A model generated the notes under the pieces. The model was given only the letters and a program-made list of their open reading frames with translations. It did no database searches and was not told the origin of the DNA. DNA of 64,000 nt from an uncultured delta proteobacterium (lineage in GTDB: Bacteria > Desulfobacterota > Binatia > UBA9968), in assembly GCA_963804165.1 (NCBI GenBank), contig CAWDPO010000002.1:96001-160000 (forward strand). Reading direction: 5' to 3'. The translations under genes were made by a program, and so were the position numbers. Shown here in pieces: positions 52,740 through 62,408 of the stretch. The number at the start of each line of letters is the position of its first letter. Position 1 is the first letter of the stretch.

Positions 52740-53825
52740 CTACTTCGCGCGATACAGCCCGAACACCTGGTGGTAGAGATCTGTGAGTTCCTGAGTCTTA
52801 AGGGTCTTAACGTTGGGTGTCAAAAAAATAAATTCCTTTTGCAGGAGCTCCTGCAGCCACGGCAAATGCTTAACCCCTTTTCTAACCGCGATCCGTCCGG
52901 TCAAATCCGACATCTTGCTCTGTCCCTCCTGCGACAGTAGCCAGTCGTAGAAAAGGACCCCCGCGTGCGGGTGAGGCGAATGCTGCATCAGCGCCAACAA
53001 ATCGGGCTCCGCGCCATAGGGATCGAATAGGCGGAAGTCGATGGGCGCTCCCTTCGATTTGAACTCGGCGACGCGCCGCCCGCGCGCCGCGACGGCGATC
53101 GACGACTCGCCGCCGAGCAATAATTGCACGCGCATCACACTACTCGATCCGGGCATGTGGAGGTCCTGTTTTGCCAGCGCCCTCATGTATTCGAGTCCTT
53201 TGTCCTTGCCCATTCGATCCAACACGACACCGAACCACTCATAGTCTTCGGTGCCGAGACTCATCTTCCCTCTCCACTTGGCTTGCAACAGATCCTGATA
53301 GGTCTTCGGTGCGTCCTGCTGCGAAACCAGCTTTGTGTTGAATGCGAGAACGATCGGCGTCACGTCGAACGCGGTCCAGTAGCCGTCTGGATCGAAAGCT
53401 CCTTTGAACAGCGCGTTCCTCTCCGGCGAATAATACACTGTCGCCAACTGCAGCTGTCGTAACTGTGAGGTTTCGACTGGGGCCGAGCCAATGACGTCAA
53501 CCGCATGACGACCCGCTTTGGCTTCCGTATCGGCGCGCCGGACGACACCGGAAGGCGTCGAGCGAAAAGCATTGGTCTTGATAAAGGGATACGCTTGCTC
53601 GAAGGCGCTCAATATCTTTGGATAGTCGGTTAAGCTTACCGACGTATAAAGAACGACTTGACCTTCGCGCTTGGCCCCTTCTTCCAGCATAGTCCGACGC
53701 TGCGCTGGCGGCAGACTTTGAATTTTTTTCAGAACTTCGCCGACGGTCGCAGCATTACCGGAGACCACAGCAAAGAGTTGGGAAAGTCCACACAACAAGA
53801 CGCTAGAAAACAGCCGAAACCTCAT
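52740..53825 (-). CDS. Extracellular solute-binding protein (iron/polyamine-type ABC family)
   Basis: Signal peptide, AKREGQVVLYTS, APKTYQDLL..KWRGK and HPHAGVLFYDWLLSQEGQ. Confidence 0.85.
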   Translation of the reverse strand: MRFRLFSSVLLCGLSQLFAVVSGNAATVGEVLKKIQSLPPAQRRTMLEEGAKREGQVVLYTSVSLTDYPKILSAFEQAYPFIKTNAFRSTPSGVVRRADTEAKAGRHAVDVIGSAPVETSQLRQLQLATVYYSPERNALFKGAFDPDGYWTAFDVTPIVLAFNTKLVSQQDAPKTYQDLLQAKWRGKMSLGTEDYEWFGVVLDRMGKDKGLEYMRALAKQDLHMPGSSSVMRVQLLLGGESSIAVAARGRRVAEFKSKGAPIDFRLFDPYGAEPDLLALMQHSPHPHAGVLFYDWLLSQEGQSKMSDLTGRIAVRKGVKHLPWLQELLQKEFIFLTPNVKTLKTQELTDLYHQVFGLYRAK

Positions 53826-54245
53826 GCGCTCTTTCTCTCGCTTGTTCGCATTCTCTGCTTCAGAAATCCGCTTGAGCATTCGTTACCTCTTCGCGTCATC
53901 CTTGCCTGAATTGATCTGCTTTCCGATAACATGCCGGATGATTCCGACGCAACATGTCGACGTCGTTTCTGCATCAACTTCCTCATCCGCCCAGGCGAGA
54001 TCATTGACGCAGGCTCTGTAGAACGCCGAGTGACCGCTCGGTCGAATTCTACACCACGCGCTACGAATTCTTGACTTGTGCTTTCAGCATCGAGTACGCT
54101 CACGCTCAGTTCGGTGGTCGAGATTGTTCAACCCGAACGAGCAGTGCGGGCTGAAACGTCGACATCGCAGATATCACCGATTGGTCCTTTGCTAAAAAAG
54201 CCAACGAACAGTTGAAACGATAAATACATTAAATGGAGGTGGACA

Positions 54246-54650
54246 ATGGCTCGAATTCGCCACATCGCGATCGGCACGCGGGATCCGGAAGCAACCGCGC
54301 GGTTTTATATCGAGGGTCTCGGCTTGAAACAAGTCGGTAAGGTCAGCACGCCAACTTCTGAGGGTTATTACTTGAGCGACGGCCACGTAAACCTCGCGAT
54401 CCTGAAGTTCAAGTACGACGACCCAGCGACAACAGAGGGCGCGCCCAAGTACACCGGCCTGCACCACTTCGGCGTTGAAGTCGAAGACATGGCTGAATCA
54501 CGGGCGCGCATCGAAAAAGCCGGTGCCGTGCATCGTCCTTACCCGGGAACCGATGAGATGGCGAAGCGCGGCAACGTCGAGGTCAAGTTTACGGTGCCGG
54601 ACGGCGTGACCGTTGACCTATCCGAGCACGGCTGGCTCGGGACCAAGTAA
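54246..54650 (+). CDS. VOC/glyoxalase family protein
   Basis: IRHIAI, YLSDGHVNLAILK, GLHHFGVEV and EVKF..PDGV..DLS; GGAGG RBS. Confidence 0.85.
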   Translation: MARIRHIAIGTRDPEATARFYIEGLGLKQVGKVSTPTSEGYYLSDGHVNLAILKFKYDDPATTEGAPKYTGLHHFGVEVEDMAESRARIEKAGAVHRPYPGTDEMAKRGNVEVKFTVPDGVTVDLSEHGWLGTK

Positions 54651-54856
54651 TCAGCTGCCCCTGCAGCCAAGTCCTCCCAAAGTCGTTGCGCGGATCAAAT
54701 AAAGAAACTTCGCAGCGCCGAACGACAACACGAGCGGGAGATTAACCGTCTACGCTGGAACAATTTCCCGCGTACAATGTTGGGAGCGCCGTCGCCCTGG
54801 CCTGTCCCGGCGAATCACCAACAACATTGTCGAATCATCACGAAAGGAATAACAAC

Positions 54857-55879
54857 ATGCCGCCACAACGCTACAACTCGGCGATCCAACGCGTAAAAGG
54901 TTTTCTCGAATTGGCCTCGGCGCTATACGACACATCGTTATCGCACCAAACTCAAAGGGCGGCCGAAGGCGTACTCCAAACGGATTCGCGCCTCGGCTAT
55001 TATCTGCAGCTCTCCTTGCTGCCGCGCGGCAAACAAGAAAAATGCATTTCACTCTCCTTTGCGGCGGACAGCTTTCGCGAGCTCAAGCTTCTGGCGCAAG
55101 GGAAAGTGTCCGTGGCGTGGATCAATCCGTCGGCCTCGGCGACGCTTGCTTACAGAGGGACAGGACCGCTTCGCGGTCGAATTCCGCTAAGGACAATTGC
55201 GGTTTTTCCTTCCTGGGACGTGGTGGGCTTTGCCGTTCACGAATCAACGGGGATTACATCGCTAGAGCAAATCAAGAAAGAGCGGCTTCCAATCAAGCTT
55301 TCCACCGGGCCGGCGAGCGCGAGCGACTTGGTGGAAAGCCCGGTGACCTTCATGATCAGCGCGGCTATGAAGGCGGCCGGTTTCACGTTCGCAGATATCC
55401 GCAAGTGGGGTGGAAAGATTCAAGAGGTGTCGCGGCCGAGCCATCCCGACCGCCGCGCTTCTGTGGAGAATGGCAGCGTAAACGCGGTCTTCGACGAAGG
55501 TATCAAGAGCTGGGGCCAATCCGTGCTCGATCACGGCTTTCGCTATCTCCCCATCGAGGGATCGATGCTGCGAAAACTAAAAGCCCTGGGTTACCGCCCC
55601 GGAGTGGTACCGCACACCCAATTCAAAGGTCTCGCCGCCGATGTGCCCACTATCGACTTTAGCGGCTGGCCCATGGCCGTGCGCGCGGACATGCCGAACG
55701 ATATCGCCTATGCGCTGTGTGAGGCCATCGAACTGCGCCGCGCAGCGATTCCGACCGACAACTTCCGCCCCCTCGACATCGCTGACCTCTGCGCCAACGG
55801 GCCGGAAGCGCCCTACGACGTCCCTCTTCATCCAGGAGCAATAAGGTTTTATCGGGAGCGAGGTTATCTGAAAAAATAA
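54857..55879 (+). CDS. TAXI/NMT1_3-like solute-binding-fold protein without signal peptide
   Basis: GITSLEQI, VRADMPNDIAY and VPLHPGAIRFYRERGYL TAXI C-terminal signature. Confidence 0.75.
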   Translation: MPPQRYNSAIQRVKGFLELASALYDTSLSHQTQRAAEGVLQTDSRLGYYLQLSLLPRGKQEKCISLSFAADSFRELKLLAQGKVSVAWINPSASATLAYRGTGPLRGRIPLRTIAVFPSWDVVGFAVHESTGITSLEQIKKERLPIKLSTGPASASDLVESPVTFMISAAMKAAGFTFADIRKWGGKIQEVSRPSHPDRRASVENGSVNAVFDEGIKSWGQSVLDHGFRYLPIEGSMLRKLKALGYRPGVVPHTQFKGLAADVPTIDFSGWPMAVRADMPNDIAYALCEAIELRRAAIPTDNFRPLDIADLCANGPEAPYDVPLHPGAIRFYRERGYLKK

Positions 55880-56059
55880 GGCAGGAAAGGCGGTGTCATG
55901 AATCTCATCGAGCGCGGATCTGTCGGGTGACTAAGCGAATGCGACTGGGTCGGGTAAAATAGTGCATGACCGCATCGAATACCACAAAACTGATAACTCG
56001 TTCGCATGGAGATATGACCGATTTCACGAACTCAACAGTGAACAATGGGATTGGTATGC

Positions 56060-56388
56060 CCCACCCCGCCGAATCTCATCTTCCCTCCTGGCTAGCTCGA
56101 CGATCCGTTTGGCCGCCTTCTCCTTGATATCGCGTTTTCAGCGCCGTCCGCGGTTGTCGTGAACCACGCCCATTAGCTCCGGCTCTCTTCACCTTCGCTT
56201 TGATCTGGTAACACTGCCGCTCGCTGATCCCCAAATAGCACAGCTGCCCTGCCCATCGTCAGCTCGTCTCGAAACACTCTTTGAATGATCTCTATCCGCT
56301 TCTCGTCTTGCATCGTCAGGGTTGTCATCGCCAAACCCTGACATAATTACGTTGCCGTTATCCCCTGTCAGAATCACTTTGCTATACA
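56060..56388 (-). mobile_element. IS1202/ISNCY-like insertion sequence remnant (left end plus 5' transposase fragment)
   Basis: TGT-initiated end at 56388 with TGACATAATTAC/TGTCAGAATCAC subrepeats; ATG 56328 gives MTTLTMQDEKRIEIIQRVF...ISERQCY...VVHDNRGR with frameshifts and a stop. Confidence 0.7.
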
Positions 56389-56689
56389 TAATGGTAAATA
56401 AACAGTTGACATTTTTGTCATAATTGTGCACTTAATGCGTCCGATTATCAGCCGGTCCAAAGTTGAATTGCATTATCTCCAATGAACGTCTTCTTCGACG
56501 GCTTGCAGCCGAACGCCGGCAGCTTGATTGCACTGTCAAGAGCCAAAGATAAAAATTAACAAACCCGATAATGACCGCATGGTTGAGAAACCCGTGTAGA
56601 AAATAGTTGGCAAGATCAAACACAGTAGAGGGTGCAAGAGGAAATAGATGTAACGCCCTATATCCCAAGGCTCACCGGGGGAAGTGTGT

Positions 56690-58235
56690 ATGGCCACCAA
56701 AGCGTTGAACCTATCGAACATTCAAGGAAACATAATCGGGGGCTTCAACAAGGATTTTCAAGACTTTTTGTTTCTACAATTTGCAGGAGCCGGCCATGCG
56801 CGAGCTTGGATCCGTGAAATCTTGAATCCAAAGTTTTCTCCTGGGCTCGCAAACTCAACCAGTCGGAACGTCCTAAAATTCAACGCTCAGTTCAAGGCGC
56901 TACGTGCCGAGGGTATCGAACCGGAAACGGTGATCACCTCTGAATGGACACACCTCGCAATTTCCTTTCTTGGCTTCAAGGCGCTGGGAATCTCCGCTAG
57001 ATCGCTGGCTCGTTTTCCGCGAGCCTTTCGCGCCGGCATGGCCGACCGGAAAAAGATCCTGGGGGACTTGGGTGCAAACGATCCAAAAAATTGGCTGCCG
57101 GCGTTCCAAGCGGGCAATATCCATGCCCTCTTAATCGTGGCCGCCGATAGCGAGGCGCAACTCAACCTCCGAGTTGATGCCTTGCAGAACTCTAGAATTT
57201 TCAAGAACGGAGTCAGAGTGCTCTATCAGGAACATGGCAGAACTCGCGAAGACGAACGCGGGCATGAGCACTTTGGGTTCAAGGACGGTGTATCCCAACC
57301 GGGAATTCGTGGGGTCACGCAGCCAACAGATCCTCTTGGCAATCCCCATTGCGGCCAACCGGGTCAGTCTTTGGTGTGGCCAGGAGAGTTCGTCCTCGGC
57401 TATCCGACGCAGAAACCCAAGCACAAGCCTGGAGTTGATGGCCCCAATCCAGATCCCGGGCCGCTCAGCAGATCGGGCCCCTCCCGGTGGACTACAGACG
57501 GTTCGTATCTGGTATTGCGCCGTTTGCGCAAGATGTGCTCGGATTTCGCAAACAACTAAATGACCTTGCGGAGCCAATGGTCTCACCGAAGATCTGATGG
57601 GCGCAAAACTTATGGGACGCTATAAAAGCGGCTACCCATTGATGCAGCGGGAATTTCATCGTCAATCAGCCATTCCGCCGGGCGCCGATCCAGGGAAGGT
57701 TCTTCCCGCGCTCAACAAGAGTGAAACGCTGAATAACAACTTTAGATTTGCCAATGATCCAAGCGGAGATGTGTGTCCCTTCGCGGCTCATATTCGGAAG
57801 GCGAATCCCCGTGATGAAATTATTTCAGACAATCCAGCGGACAGTGAAAGCCAGGTGCAAACCCACCGGATTTTGAGGCGCGGTATCCCCTTTGGCGCAT
57901 CTCTAGGCGCGCTGCGCGGCGGAGATGCTAATGATCAGCGAGGCCTCCTCTTCGTGTGTTTTCAGAAAGACATACAAAGGCAATACGAGTACGTGCAAAC
58001 CCAATGGATCAATAACATCAACTTTCCTCCGTCTGCTGCTGATGTAACGCCTGGTCCGGACCCAATTGTCGCGATGACTCATGGTGGACGATTTCATCTG
58101 GAGTCAAACAAATCGGCCGTTCACATTCAAAATTATGTCAAAATGACCGGCGGGGAGTATTTTTTTTCTCCGTCGTTGAAGACACTAAAAAAATCGGTCA
58201 ACATAAGATTTAAGGCGCGTCGGAACATCGCATAG
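56690..58235 (+). CDS. DyP-type (dye-decolourising) peroxidase, frameshifts near 57530-57590
   Basis: NIQGNI, EHFGFKDGVSQP (GXXDG), PGEFVLGY, DGSYLVLRRL, AHIRKANPR, RILRRGIPFG and GGEYFFSPS. Confidence 0.9.
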
Positions 58236-58331
58236 CAAAAAACTTATGCATTGGCTAAGTGCGAATTGGCCGGAATCAGTTCTAAAGTTTCTCTTGAGAG
58301 TGAAACAAATCTAAATAAGGAGGCAAAGGTC

Positions 58332-58631
58332 ATGGTCAAAGCAAAGGCTAAGAAATATTCTAAAAACGGACCACCGCGAAGGCCGAGAGGCAATGGGAAC
58401 GACGATCCGACCGAAGCCGTATTTCGCGTCGATTTAGAGACCGGAAAAATGCGCATTACCGACCAGAGGGGTGATGAGATCGTAGAGGACCCGGTCACTC
58501 CAGAAAAAGTCACCAAGTATGGGATCACTGAATGGGTGCCCTTGGGGCAGTTATTTTACGCAAAGTGCAATATTAAGCACGGCGGCTGCACCATAAGAAT
58601 AATCAACAACAGAGAAGTGTTAGTTTGGTAA
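58332..58631 (+). CDS. Hypothetical 99-aa protein
   Basis: Strong TAAGGAGG RBS; basic N-terminus and C-terminal CNIKHGGCTIRIINNREVLVW. Confidence 0.65.
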   Translation: MVKAKAKKYSKNGPPRRPRGNGNDDPTEAVFRVDLETGKMRITDQRGDEIVEDPVTPEKVTKYGITEWVPLGQLFYAKCNIKHGGCTIRIINNREVLVW

Positions 58632-58709
58632 GCCTCCTGGGCAGAAGCTAACTCGATCAGCCCAGCAGCTATTCCCACACGCGATCTCGGCCACACAACT
58701 GCAGCGGGC

Positions 58710-61700
58710 TCACGGTAGAGCCAAGCTGATGCGGCCGAAAATTGTCCTGGTTGGCTGAATCCGCGGGTTTTTGAAATCCAAGTCGAAATAGTTGAACTTT
58801 TTGTCCAACAAATTAGTTGCACCAATGGTGACAAATCCATAGCGCATCGGCAAGCGCCAATTCAGGGCAAGGTCCAGTGTCCAAAAATCATCGCTGCCGT
58901 TGCGCGAGACTCCGGCTACTTTGAGATTGAATTTTCCGTTTTGATGATAGTAGGTAGGCTGCAAGACAGCGCTCAGGCCTGAAGAGTGAAAAAAGTTCAA
59001 TCCCAGTGGCACTCGATGGGTATTTAGGCGAGCCGGAAAACTAGTCGTGCCTTCTCTGGTGAAATGTTCAAACTGATATTCGGTGCGTAGCGCAAACCAG
59101 GGATGTGGCGTCCAAAAGAAATAGACCCGACTCTGTTGTTCCTCTGCGTCCTGCATTTCCTCCACGAGCTGGCCGTTGTTGTTCAATCTCGTCAACGGCA
59201 CCTTTAGGTTTCTTCCTGAATATTCGATCCCGCCAAAGACTTCCTTGGTAAACTTTTGATCCACAGCGACTCCATAGCGCCACGCCTCGGTTCCATTGAT
59301 ATCATCGAAGAATTGATTGAACCCGGCGACTTGGGTGGGCTCAAGGGTTTGATCGGTTATCAATGTTCGCTTTAGCACGCGAAATGCCGCACCGCGAACA
59401 GTGGTATCGACCCATGGGTTCCAGACAATGCCGAACTTCGGATTGAATTGATCCTTGGATTCGAAATTGCCACCCCTCGTATCGACAAAATCGCCACTGG
59501 CGCCCAGCGTTACAGTCAATGCCTTTGTCGGACTCCAATGGAGATAGTTGTACAAGTTTACATGTTTTTGATCGTCGCTCTCGCCGGGAAAGGCAAGGAT
59601 GTCATCGGGCGGCGGGAGCGGTAACCCGATTGTCGTGAAAAACCGGCCGTTGATCTTCGCATAGCCAAAACCCGAGACGACGTTAAAGTATGTTGAGCGA
59701 TATAGATGCTGAGCTTCCCCCTGAAATAAGTCTTGCGGGTTCTTGAAATCTTGAAAGGTAAACAACGGTAGTAACTGATCGTCTTTCTGAGTAAATCTTG
59801 AGTGTTGAAAAATGAACGAGCCGAGCAATGTCGAATTCGATGTCAACGCGTGCCGGATCCCGAAGCGGGCCGTTTGGCGTTCTTCCCGATTGACTTCCCC
59901 AGGAAAAAAATCGTCGGGAAAAAATCGCAGTCTATTGTCGCCATATACCAGGCTTCGGTAACGATACTCCCCTTGAATGCTTGTGCTAGACGATAGTTCC
60001 GCTTGCACGAATGCATTGCCGATTGAATCTCGCTGGCCGATATTTTTGCGAAAACCATCAGTCTGAAAATGAAACCCCCCTAGGCTAAAGGAGGTCTTCT
60101 TATAAATTCCCGATAAGACTCCTTCCCCCGCGTAAGTGTTATTTTCGCCGGCCAGGCCGGTCGTCTGGAAATTAATCCCATTCCGATTAAACAGCGGATT
60201 AAACTCATTGAACGAGAAAACCGCCGGACCGGCGCTTCAATCAAGAGCAGATCGCTCTCAGCCAACCGCGGCTGAATCGGCGTCATGTTCAATGGCTGGA
60301 GCAATTGCGACTGCAATAGTTCGCTCACCCGGGCGATCTCGTGGCGTGGCAAAACCGAATAAGAGTCCGCAAGAAATCTGTGGGCGGAAAAATTCGTTGG
60401 ATCGGTATTGACCGACTTCCATCCTTCGACCAGCGCAAGCTGCTGAAACCCAAGATCGCTGTAGATTCGACCCAGGCTGGCGCTTCGTGCCGCGAGATCG
60501 GAATCGAGTTGAAGACTTGAGCGGTAGACTGCCCGATTGTCGTTTAACTCGATTGCTTTTTGTATGTCATGCAAAGCCTCGACCGGGCGGTTGGTGGTTT
60601 GCTTCGCAATAGCATCGTAGAACCAGGGTGTGGGATCCTTCGGGTCCAGTTCCTTGGCAATGGCATACTCGCGCTCGTCCCTTGGGCCGCGCTTCTCTTC
60701 AAAATAGGCTTTGCCCAAATAACTTCGGACGATCGAGTTGTTCGGGTCCAGGCTGGCAGCAATTTCAATCTCCCGTCTACCCTCCTGCAAATCACCCTCT
60801 CGGATCTTTGCTAGTCCCAGACCCAGCCTCGGGAGGTAATCGGCTTGGTCAAACTCAATCGCTTTTTCGAAGGCAGCCTTGGCCTCCGTGGTGTTGACCT
60901 GTGTCAGATAAGCGAATCCGAGGACCGTCCGCGTTCTCGACAGGTTTGGATCCAGAGCGACCGCCTTTTTGGCCGCTTCAAGGGCTTCGTCCAGATCGGC
61001 GAATGACATGTGGAGCTCCGCTAACCGCGCCCAAGCCAGGGTGTTTTCCGGGTTTGCTTGTACCGCCTGTTGCAAGCTGGTCCGCGCGCCTTCGAGATCG
61101 AAATTCGCCTGCTGACCGTAGGATAAAGCGATCAGCGCTGACGCGGATTTTGGGTCGCCTTAACGGCCTTCTGCGCGAGTGCAAGCGCTTTTTCCTTGTC
61201 GTTTTGGACAACGGCAATTATCGATTGGAGTGCGATGGCATCGCTGTATTTTGGATCTAAACTCAGTGCCCGCTCAAGATCCGGACCTGCTTCATCGACG
61301 CGCCCTACGGCAAGCAGCAAAGAGGCGCGGTAGGCAAAAAACCGTGGTTCCCGGAGATCGTTAGGCACACCTTTGATGGCCTCAAAGGCCCCCTGAAAAT
61401 CACCCTTCATGTAAGACTCAAGAGAGTTTCGCACCATCCCCTGCCAACCGGGCCCGGCTGGAAATTCCTCCGGGCGTAAATAGAGGGCGGGCGGATAGTA
61501 TAAGGCCCATTGAACTGCATCCCGGGGACGCACAACGGTGCGCAATACGGGAGCTTGTCCTCTTTCGGCTACAGCCGACTGACCATCGGTCAGCGTCACG
61601 CTCCCAGCTTGGTTCGAAGCCAACACCATACCCTCAAAAATCGTTATCAAGGCTCTGTCGGCCTCGACCTGAACCAAGCCCTCGGTTCCCTCCACACCAG

Positions 61701-62094
61701 CGTTGACGAACGCGGTGATGATCTCCAAATTGCGCGGCAGGCGGCTGAAAAAGTAGAGAGCGCCGCGGACCAGCTCGATGAGGGAGGTTCTCTCTTCTCT
61801 CACTCCTCCGAGAGTGATCGTGGTGTCTTGGTTCAGGCGGAGAACGGGTTGATTGACCAACGCAACATCAGCCCGGCTTCTCTCGCCAACCTGAATCCTA
61901 TCTCCTGGGCAATAGCCGTCGTTTAGTCGGGCCGGCTGCCATTGGGTCTGGCCCGCCCGACGAACTTCGACGCTCCCTTGAACAGAGACTAACTTGGCTA
62001 CAGGGGGATCGCAGGTCGTCGCCGCGAAGGACGGAATCGATGACAATAAACTAAGACTCGCGCAGAGCACCGCAATCCGTCGTATTCTGTTCAT
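58710..62094 (-). CDS. Outer-membrane FecR-domain + TPR + TonB-receptor-like beta-barrel protein (NsrA-like), about 1130 aa, frameshifted
   Basis: Signal peptide; FecR-like AKLVSVQG.VEV...GDRI...NAGVEGTE; multiple TPRs; amphipathic barrel strands (QFNPKFGIVW, DLALNWRLP, GATNLLDK). Confidence 0.85.
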
Positions 62095-62408
62095 ACTATC
62101 AACTCCCGTTCTCCCTAGTCCTCTACAGGGAGCGTGTCGGAAATCGCCGTGGCCCTTCGACAGCGTCGAGGCAAACGACTAACCTGTTGAATCTCGATCT
62201 TGTGGCGTCTTTTCGTCGGCAGCTTGTCGAACAATGAATAGACTTTTGACATAGTCTGAGGAGAGAGTGCGAATGCGTTCGGGACGCATCGTTCGGGAGG
62301 AAGGTTTCCTTCGATAATTGATTATTGAAGAATCGGCTTTATGCGTGATTTATCTCCGCCCGTCATCAATCATCGACGTATATATCACAGGAATAGTCAG
62401 AATGGTTA

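Noticed and set aside
56389-56445. dif/XerCD site next to the IS1202-like end
   Set aside because: Only a partial XerD-like arm (TTTTGTCATAA); no XerC arm at the correct 6-bp spacing.
58150-58235. Encapsulin cargo-loading peptide on the DyP
   Set aside because: The C-terminus lacks a GSLxIGSL-type tail and no encapsulin gene is adjacent.
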